A stretch of DNA of 50,907 nucleotides from an uncultured Planctomycetales bacterium (GTDB lineage: Bacteria; Planctomycetota; PLA2; JAEUHO01), in the NCBI GenBank assembly GCA_964588235.1, contig CAZPOZ010000001.1, forward strand, positions 1 to 50,907. Reading direction: 5' to 3'. Shown piece by piece: positions 33,716 to 40,583 of the stretch; within the stretch, counting starts at the first letter, position 1, and the number at the start of each line of letters is the position of its first letter. The translations under genes were made by a program, and so were the position numbers. The notes under the pieces are model-generated. The model ran no database searches and was not told the DNA's origin. It saw nothing but the letters and a program-made list of their open reading frames with translations.

Positions 33716-36397
33716 TCAGCGCGGCGATCCGCCGTCGGGGAGCAGCGCCCGCAGCCCGCCGACCAACCCCTCCAACAGCGTCAGCAGGCGCTCCGCCTCG
33801 GCCGGGGGAGCGCTGATCTCGAGGCGGCCGTCGGCCGCGCGACGCACCGCGAGACCGGGCACGGAAGGTGCCCCCCGCCCCCCCTCCGCGGTCGGAGAAC
33901 CGGGGGCGGCCGCCGTCGGGCTCCCCTCCGGGCCGCGCGCCGGGCCCGCGTCGTCCGCGGTCGCCTCCACCAGCGCCTCCTCCCGTGCGGCGGCCGCCGC
34001 ACGCGCCTCGGGCGGCTCCACGGGGTCGTCCTCGCTCCCGGGCTTCGGGGGTTCCCCCGCCAGACGCGCCAGCCGCGCCGCGAACCGGCCCGAGCGCTCG
34101 AAGACCACCTCGTCGCTCGTGCCCTCGAACAGCCCGTCGAAGACCGCCCGCTTGGCGCCCACGACCTCGGCGATGCGCGACTCGATGCAGTCCTGCGCCA
34201 CCAGGGCGTAGACGTCCACCGGCCGCGACTGCCCCAGCCGGTGGATGCGCGCCGTGCGCTGCTCGAGCACGGCCGGGTTCCACGGCAGCTCCAGGTGGAC
34301 CGCGCACGTGGCGGCCCGCTGCAGGTTGAGTCCCACCCCGCCCGCGTCGGTGGCGAAGAGCAGGCGCACGCGCGGGTCGTCGTGGAACTCCACCACGCTC
34401 CGGCTGCGACGCGCCAGCGACTCCGCGCCGGTGAACGAGACCGCCCGGAGCCCCGCATCGCCCAGGACGTCGCCCACGGCCCAGGCCGCCAGCTGCAGCA
34501 TGCGGCGCCACTGGCTGAAGACGACCATCTTGCGACCCTGCTCGACCACGATGGCGCGCACGAGCGGGCGCAGCTCCAGGAGCTTGGGGCTCGAGAGCCC
34601 CTCGAGCGTGGACTCGTCGGGTCGGCCCAGGCGCTCGAGGGCCGGCCAGCGGCGCTCGAACTCCAACTGTGCCAGGCCGTTGGCGATGATCCGTTGCGTC
34701 GTCAGCAGCGACATCAGGCGCAGGAACTCCTCGCGCGTCAGCGGCCGCCGTCCGGCCGTGGCCGCCAGCCGCGCGATCGGGGCCGTCAGCTCCTCGTGCG
34801 CCTCGCGCTGCGCCTCGGTGAGCTCGATCGGGATGCGCGTGTCGGTGCGCGGCGGCAGCTGCCCCAGCACCTCGGCCCGGGAGCGGCGCAGCACGGCGCC
34901 CGCGATGCGCTCGCGCAGCGTACGCAGCCCGCGGACCCGCCCCTGCTCCACCGTGGTCGGGTCGTCGAGGTTCCAGGCCTCGAGCCGCCACAGCGGGTGC
35001 AGGGCCCGGTCGTCCACGAGGTCGAGCAACGAGGCCAGCTCGTCGAGCCGGTTCTCGAAGGGCGTGCCGGTCAGCACGAGCCGCCAGCGCGCGGGGACGC
35101 GCTTGACGCAGCCGGCCGTGCGCGTGGCCCAGTTCTTGATCCGCTGCGCCTCGTCCAGCACGAGCAGGTCGGGTGCGAAGGCCACGGCGGCGGGCTCGTC
35201 ACGCAGCAGCTGCTCGTAGTGCGTGAGCAGCACCCCGGGACGCCGGGCGCGGTACGTGGCGGCCCGCGCGTCGGCGTCGCCCTCCACCGCGCCGAGCGGC
35301 ACGTCGGTGAAGTGGGCCCACTCCTGCGCCCACTGGGCCCGCAGCGAGGCCGGCACCACGACGAGCGCGCGCCGCGCCTCCCCCGAGCGCAGGAGCGCGT
35401 GGCAGGCGGCGATGGCCTGCGCCGTCTTGCCCAGGCCCATGTCGTCGGCCAGCAGCAACCGGCCCTGCCCGAGGAAACGCCGCACGCCCTCGCGCTGGTA
35501 GGCGTAGAGCCGCTGCCGGAGGCCGCGCAGCGCGCGTTCCGCGGCGGGGCGGGCCCGCTCGGCCGACCTCCGCAGGCTCGCGCGCTCGCCTTCGGCCCGC
35601 AGCAGCGCCACGAGCGCCGGGTCGAGCAGCAGGCAGCGCCGGGCGGCAGGGGCGCGCAGCACGCCGGCGACGACCCCGTGGAGCGCGTCGATGAGCCGCC
35701 CCCGCGCCCCCTCGTCGGCGAGCACGCCCTGCGCCGGGGCGAAGGAGCCCGGGGCGTCCGCGACGGGGGTCCACCACCCGCCGCGGGGAGCCGCCTGGCG
35801 CCGCAGGCGCGCGCCGAGCGGGTCGGTGTCGCCGGCCGGACGGTGGCGCAGCCCCTCGAGCCAGAGGCCCGGCCCTTCGATCGCGCGGCGCGGGTCCCAC
35901 GCGAGCCGCGGGAGGGCATCACGGGCGCGGGCCGCGCGCGACCCGGGCCTTCGGGCCGTGTCGCGCAGGAGCGAGGCCGCCACGACCAGCCCGTGCTTGC
36001 ACGCGCCCAGCGAGCTCTTGAGGTAGTCGTCGCAGTCGCACGAGAGCTCGAGCGGGTCGAGCCCCGTCACCAGGACCGACCAGGGGCGCGGCGCACCCCG
36101 GCCGCGGCGCGTGCGGACGACCCAGGCGCCGGGGGCCCACGCGACCCGGTCGGCCACGCGCAGGTCCTCCCCGCCGATCTGGGCGAGGCGAGCCTCCAGG
36201 GCGGCGAGGGCCGCCTGGGCGACCCCGTGGTGCGCGCCCTGCGCCGCCGCGAGCGCGAGGTCCACGAGCGCGTGGGGCGGGACGCCGACGCGGTTGCGGC
36301 GCAGGCCGGACAGGAGCGCGTCGCGCGCGGCCAGGGGTGGGGGAGCGGGCGGCGCGGGCTGCGGCGGCGCCTGGAGCGTGGCGGGGTGAGGGCGCAT
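33716..36397 (-). CDS. SNF2-family helicase/translocase with N-terminal SWIM zinc finger
   Basis: 893-aa ORF. SWIM motif LELSCDCDDYLKSSLGACKHGL. SNF2 motifs: LADDMGLGKTAQAIA (I), LVLDEAQRIKN (II), LTGTPFENRL (III), GGVGLNLQ (V), WNPAVLEQRTARIHRLGQ (VI). Confidence 0.92.
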   Translation of the reverse strand: MRPHPATLQAPPQPAPPAPPPLAARDALLSGLRRNRVGVPPHALVDLALAAAQGAHHGVAQAALAALEARLAQIGGEDLRVADRVAWAPGAWVVRTRRGRGAPRPWSVLVTGLDPLELSCDCDDYLKSSLGACKHGLVVAASLLRDTARRPGSRAARARDALPRLAWDPRRAIEGPGLWLEGLRHRPAGDTDPLGARLRRQAAPRGGWWTPVADAPGSFAPAQGVLADEGARGRLIDALHGVVAGVLRAPAARRCLLLDPALVALLRAEGERASLRRSAERARPAAERALRGLRQRLYAYQREGVRRFLGQGRLLLADDMGLGKTAQAIAACHALLRSGEARRALVVVPASLRAQWAQEWAHFTDVPLGAVEGDADARAATYRARRPGVLLTHYEQLLRDEPAAVAFAPDLLVLDEAQRIKNWATRTAGCVKRVPARWRLVLTGTPFENRLDELASLLDLVDDRALHPLWRLEAWNLDDPTTVEQGRVRGLRTLRERIAGAVLRRSRAEVLGQLPPRTDTRIPIELTEAQREAHEELTAPIARLAATAGRRPLTREEFLRLMSLLTTQRIIANGLAQLEFERRWPALERLGRPDESTLEGLSSPKLLELRPLVRAIVVEQGRKMVVFSQWRRMLQLAAWAVGDVLGDAGLRAVSFTGAESLARRSRSVVEFHDDPRVRLLFATDAGGVGLNLQRAATCAVHLELPWNPAVLEQRTARIHRLGQSRPVDVYALVAQDCIESRIAEVVGAKRAVFDGLFEGTSDEVVFERSGRFAARLARLAGEPPKPGSEDDPVEPPEARAAAAAREEALVEATADDAGPARGPEGSPTAAAPGSPTAEGGRGAPSVPGLAVRRAADGRLEISAPPAEAERLLTLLEGLVGGLRALLPDGGSPR

Positions 36398-36454
36398 CGG
36401 TGGGGTCCTGGATGGGGCCGCACCCTACGCCCCACCGGAGACGTGCGGGCGAGG

Positions 36455-37882
36455 TCAGCCCTTGACGACGGCGAAGGGCTCCAGCCGCGCCACCAGCCGG
36501 GCCAGGCCGGCCCCCGTCACCACCTCGACCACGTCGGCCACGTCCTTGTAGGCGCCTGGGTGCTCCTCGTCCACCGTGCGGCGGCTGGCGGCGCGCACGG
36601 CGATGCCGCGCGCCTCGAGCTCGGCGGCCACGTGGCGGCCACGCATCGACGCCTGCGCCTTCGTGCGGCTCTGGAGCCGACCGGCCCCGTGGCAGCAGGA
36701 GCCGAAGGTCTGCTCGTAGGCGCCCGGCGCGCCCACGAGCACGAACGAGTAGCGGCCCATGTCGCCAGGCACCAGCACCGGCTGGCCGACCTCGCGGTAG
36801 GCGGAGGGCGTGAGCGGGTGCCCCGGCGGGAACGCCCGCGTGGCGCCCTTGCGGTGCACGAGCACCTCGCGCTCGCGGCCGCCGACGACGTGCCGCTCGA
36901 GCTTGGCGATGTTGTGGCACACGTCGTAGACCTGCCGCAGGCGCGCGCCGGGGCCGAAGACCCCTTGGAACGCGCGCCGGACGGCCGCGGCGATCACCTG
37001 CCGGTTGGCGAAGGCGAAGTTGGCGGCGGCGCGCATGGCGCCGAAGTAGCGCTGGCCCTCCTCGGAGCGGAACGGCGCGCAGGCCAGCTGCGGGTCGGGC
37101 AGCGTGAGCCCGTGGGCCGCCGCGCTGCGCCGCATCTCGGGCAGCACGTCGGTGCAGACCTGGTGGCCCAGCCCCCGGCTGCCGCAGTGGATCAGCACGC
37201 AGGTCCCGCCCGGCGAGAGGCCCAGCGCCTGGGCGGCCGGCCCGTCGAAGACCTCCGCCACCCGGTCCACCTCGAGGAAGTGGTTGCCCGAGCCGAGCGT
37301 GCCCAGCTGGTTGCGTCCCCGCGCGCGCGCCGCCTCCGAGACCAGCTCGGGCCGCGCGCCGGCCAGCGCCCCGCCCTCCTCCGTGTGCTCCAGGTCGTCG
37401 GCCTGCCCCAAGCCGCGGTCCACGGCCCAGGCCGCGCCGCGGCGCAGCACCTGCTCGAGCTCGTCCTTCGGGAGGGTGAGGTCGTCCCGCGCCGAGCCCG
37501 TGCCGCTGGGTACCGCGCGGTTGAGGGCGTCGGCCAGCTCGGCGCGGCGCGCCGCCGCGCTCTCCGCCGGCAGGGCGCAGGAGAGCAGGCGCACGCCGCA
37601 GTTGATGTCGTAGCCCACGCCCCCGGGGCTGATGACGCCCTCCTCGGGGTCGAAGGCGGCCACCCCCCCGATCGGGAAGCCGTAGCCCCAGTGCAGGTCG
37701 GGCATGCCGATCGAGGGCCCGACCAGCCCCGGGAGGCAGGCCACGTTGCGCACCTGCTCGAGCGCGCGCTCGTCCTGCATGCGCTCCACGAGGTCGGCGC
37801 TGCCGAAGACCAGGCCTTCGACCCGCATCGGCCCCCGCCGGGGGATGCGCCAGCGGTACTCGTCGAGCCGTTCGAGGTCCAT
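36455..37882 (-). CDS. rtcB: RtcB RNA 3-prime-phosphate/2,3-cyclic-phosphate ligase
   Basis: In-frame ATG at 37882 (MDLERLDEYRWRIP) with GGAGAG upstream. MPDLHWGYGFPIGGV, GGVGYDINCGVRLL and HCGSRGLGHQV are hallmark RtcB metal and His-GMP motifs. Confidence 0.93.
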   Translation of the reverse strand: MDLERLDEYRWRIPRRGPMRVEGLVFGSADLVERMQDERALEQVRNVACLPGLVGPSIGMPDLHWGYGFPIGGVAAFDPEEGVISPGGVGYDINCGVRLLSCALPAESAAARRAELADALNRAVPSGTGSARDDLTLPKDELEQVLRRGAAWAVDRGLGQADDLEHTEEGGALAGARPELVSEAARARGRNQLGTLGSGNHFLEVDRVAEVFDGPAAQALGLSPGGTCVLIHCGSRGLGHQVCTDVLPEMRRSAAAHGLTLPDPQLACAPFRSEEGQRYFGAMRAAANFAFANRQVIAAAVRRAFQGVFGPGARLRQVYDVCHNIAKLERHVVGGREREVLVHRKGATRAFPPGHPLTPSAYREVGQPVLVPGDMGRYSFVLVGAPGAYEQTFGSCCHGAGRLQSRTKAQASMRGRHVAAELEARGIAVRAASRRTVDEEHPGAYKDVADVVEVVTGAGLARLVARLEPFAVVKG

Positions 37883-37904
37883 GCGCTCTCCGGCGGCCGG
37901 GCCG

Positions 37905-38330
37905 CTACAGGTCGAGCACGATCGTCGCACGCCACGGGCGGCCCCCCTCCGCCGGGATCACCCGCAGGTCGTGGTAGGTCACCGCCTTCACCACCCGGTC
38001 GGGGGGCTCGACGCCCGGGTCGGTGGCGCGGGCGAGCAGCACGCCCCGCGCCCCGCGCTCGTCGGCGAAGGCCACCCGGGCGCCCCGCGCGACCAGCCCG
38101 CGGTCCTCGTAGGCCTGCGCCGCGGCCGTGAGCCAGGCGACCAGCACGTCCTCCCGGTCGGCGCCCGTGACCTCCACGGGCAGCTCGGTGGCCGCCGGAC
38201 GGCCGTCCTCGGCCAGGATCACGTCGCCGAGCGCCGCCGTGGCGGCGGCGAGCAGGCCCGGCCAGGAGGGCCCCTCGACCTCGAAGCCGAAGTCGGCCGT
38301 GTGGTCGATGGGGCGGTAGGGCGGGCGCAT
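37905..38330 (-). CDS. Archease (RtcB activator)
   Basis: In-frame ATG at 38330 (MRPPYRPIDHTADFGFEVEG) with GGGAGAG upstream. N-terminal HTAD motif and C-terminal VKAVTYHDLRV are typical of archease. The stop lies 22 nt before the rtcB start. Confidence 0.88.
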   Translation of the reverse strand: MRPPYRPIDHTADFGFEVEGPSWPGLLAAATAALGDVILAEDGRPAATELPVEVTGADREDVLVAWLTAAAQAYEDRGLVARGARVAFADERGARGVLLARATDPGVEPPDRVVKAVTYHDLRVIPAEGGRPWRATIVLDL

Positions 38331-38398
38331 GCGGCTACTCTCCCATGCCCGCGCGCGGCCCACCGGCCGCGGTCCGCGCGCCCGGAACCGGAGGGCCC

Positions 38399-38905
38399 AT
38401 GACCGCGTCTCAACCCGAGCCCGTCGGCGAGGCCCTCCGCGCCGCCATGCGCCGTTTCGCCAGCGGCGTCACGGTGGTGACCGCGGCGCACGGCGGCCGG
38501 CGCGCCGGGATGACCGTGAGCGCCTTCCTCTCGGTGAGCCTGGAGCCGCCCACGATCCTGGTCTCGCTCCACGGCGGGAGCGAGACGCTGGCGCTGGCGC
38601 GCGCCGCGGGCTCGTTCGCCGTGTCGCTGCTGCACGCGGATCAGGAGCAGGTCTCGGCGCGCTTCGCCGGCTTCGGCCTCCCGAAGGACGCCGACCGCTT
38701 CGAGGGCTCGCGCACGGGCGCACGCGTGACGGGGGCGCCCGTGCTGGAGGATGCGCTCGCCTGGATCGACTGCCGCGTGCGCGAGCTCCACGGGGTCGGC
38801 ACGCACGTGCTGCTCGTCGGCGACGTCGTGGCGGCCGGCGCCGCGTCCGACGCCCGGGCGCCGCTCGTCTACCACGACCGCGGCTACCGCCGGCTCGCCC
38901 CCTGA
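38399..38905 (+). CDS. Flavin reductase-like (NAD(P)H:FMN oxidoreductase, RutF/HpaC family)
   Basis: ATG at 38399 with GGAGGG at 38390-38395. FASGVTVVTAAHGGRRAGMTVSAFLSVSLEPPTILVSL and HVLLVGDVV are typical of the family. Confidence 0.85.
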   Translation: MTASQPEPVGEALRAAMRRFASGVTVVTAAHGGRRAGMTVSAFLSVSLEPPTILVSLHGGSETLALARAAGSFAVSLLHADQEQVSARFAGFGLPKDADRFEGSRTGARVTGAPVLEDALAWIDCRVRELHGVGTHVLLVGDVVAAGAASDARAPLVYHDRGYRRLAP

Positions 38906-39229
38906 GGGCGGGGGGTGTCCTGAGCCGCGGCGCGCGGGCGCGGGCGGCGCGCTGGGCTGGGGGCGCCCGGCAGGCAAGCTCTCCAGCGGCCCGGTGTGCC
39001 TCCGTCCAGCCTCCAGAGGGCGAGGTCAGGGACCTCCCCCGAGGGCGCGGGAGAGGCGTCTGCGTCGGCGGGGGTCGGCGTCCCGCGGTCGCCCTCGAGG
39101 GTTGACATGGGACTTCCGTCCTGGGAACTTCCCTCTCGGCCTGCGCTTGGAGGCGCCCCCCGCCCCCTGGGGGCTGGCGGCGCAGGCTGGAGGCCGAGCC
39201 CCTCTGTTGGCTCCGGAAGGTGTCGCTCG

Positions 39230-40486
39230 ATGCGAGAGCCTGCGATTCGTCGATGGCGCGCCTCCAGCGCGGCGGTGACCCTGTGCGCGGTCCTGCTCGG
39301 CGCGGCCCGGGCCGATGGCCTGCGTGCGCCCGCCGAGGACCCTCCCGCGGGCGTGCCGGAGGCCGCCGAGCCGCCGGCCGAGGCCGCCCCCAGCCCGCCG
39401 CCCGCCGCAGCTCCCGAGCCCGCCCCGCCCCCGGCGGCCGGGGAGCGCCCGTCGGCTCCGCCCGCGCCGCCCGCCGCGGCGATCCTGGGTCCCTCTCCCG
39501 GCGGCTCCGTCGTCGCGCGTGAGCGCATCGAGTACGTCTGGGAGTGGTGCTGCGGGTCCGAGCGTGACGAGTGCGGCTGGCCGCTGGACCGCTGCCGCCG
39601 CCGCGTGGGCCGCTTCGACGTGGCCCTGGCGGGGGGCCTCTCCCTGGCCTCCGCGCCCGAGGGCCTCCTGGGCGTCGCGCCTCCGCCGGCTGGCGCCATC
39701 GACTGGGCGAGCCTCGAGCCGCCGCCCGCGATCGCGGCCCGCGCGAGCGTCTCCTTCCGGGCAGGCGCACGCTGGGGCGTGTCCGCGCGGGGGACCTACT
39801 GGGGACGCAGCGACGACGCGGCCACGGTGACGGGCGCGTTCGTCAGCCGCACCGCGCCCGGCGGCGCCACGGACCTCTCCCGGCCGCTGACCGCCGAGCT
39901 GACGAGCGAGCTCACGCTCTGGGACGCCGGCGCGGGCGTGTGGATGGAATGGGGCTGCGATCCCTGCCTCGCGTTCCTGACGGGGCTCGGCGCCCGGCTG
40001 GCCGCCGTGGACGAGACCTCGCGGGCCGGCTTCGCCACGACGGGTCCCGGCGGCTTCCCCGCGGCCGACGGCTTCGCGGCGGCCGACGTGCGCAACGATC
40101 TGCTGTTGGGCGAGGTGACCCTGGGGCTGCGCTGGACGCCGAACTGGGACTGGGCCTTCACGCTGAGCGCGACGGGCCTCGTGGGCGGCGTGGAGACCGA
40201 GATCGACGTCACGGACTTCGGCGTGTTCAGCGGGGGCAGCCACGCCTCGCGTCGCACCCACGAGGACAGCGCCTTCGGCGTGCAACTGGACGCGCTGCTG
40301 CAGTGGCGCCCGGGCGCCCGCTGGGCGCTCACCGCGGGCTACAGCCTGCTGTTCCTCGACGGAATCCAGCGCGGCTCCACCGCGCTCGACTTCGGCAGCA
40401 GCGCCAGCGGCGCCGTGCAGGCCGCTTCGGCGACCGAGAGCCTGGTGACCCACGCCCTGCTGCTCGGCGTTGCGTTCAACTTCTGA
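39230..40486 (+). CDS. Outer-membrane beta-barrel protein with Pro/Ala-rich linker and Cys-rich N-terminal segment
   Basis: ATG at 39230, in frame with track ORF 38996..40486. Signal peptide MREPAIRRWRASSAAVTLCAVLLGAARA, then a ~60-aa P/A/E linker and EYVWEWCCGSERDECGWPLDRC. Alternating beta-strand pattern ends in LLLGVAFNF (terminal Phe). Confidence 0.7.
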   Translation: MREPAIRRWRASSAAVTLCAVLLGAARADGLRAPAEDPPAGVPEAAEPPAEAAPSPPPAAAPEPAPPPAAGERPSAPPAPPAAAILGPSPGGSVVARERIEYVWEWCCGSERDECGWPLDRCRRRVGRFDVALAGGLSLASAPEGLLGVAPPPAGAIDWASLEPPPAIAARASVSFRAGARWGVSARGTYWGRSDDAATVTGAFVSRTAPGGATDLSRPLTAELTSELTLWDAGAGVWMEWGCDPCLAFLTGLGARLAAVDETSRAGFATTGPGGFPAADGFAAADVRNDLLLGEVTLGLRWTPNWDWAFTLSATGLVGGVETEIDVTDFGVFSGGSHASRRTHEDSAFGVQLDALLQWRPGARWALTAGYSLLFLDGIQRGSTALDFGSSASGAVQAASATESLVTHALLLGVAFNF

Positions 40487-40583
40487 CCTTCCCCACCGCC
40501 TGCGGAGCGCGGCAGGGACCGCGCCCCCACTGACACGCACCGTGGCGCCCGGCAGGACCCGGACCCGGTGATCGGAGGCCGTC

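Noticed and set aside
39108-39132. TGGGAC / TGGGAAC repeats considered as a sigma-54 (-24/-12) promoter.
   Set aside because: No GC dinucleotide (TTGC element) occurs at the required distance after either GG, so the pattern does not fit TGGCAC-N5-TTGC.
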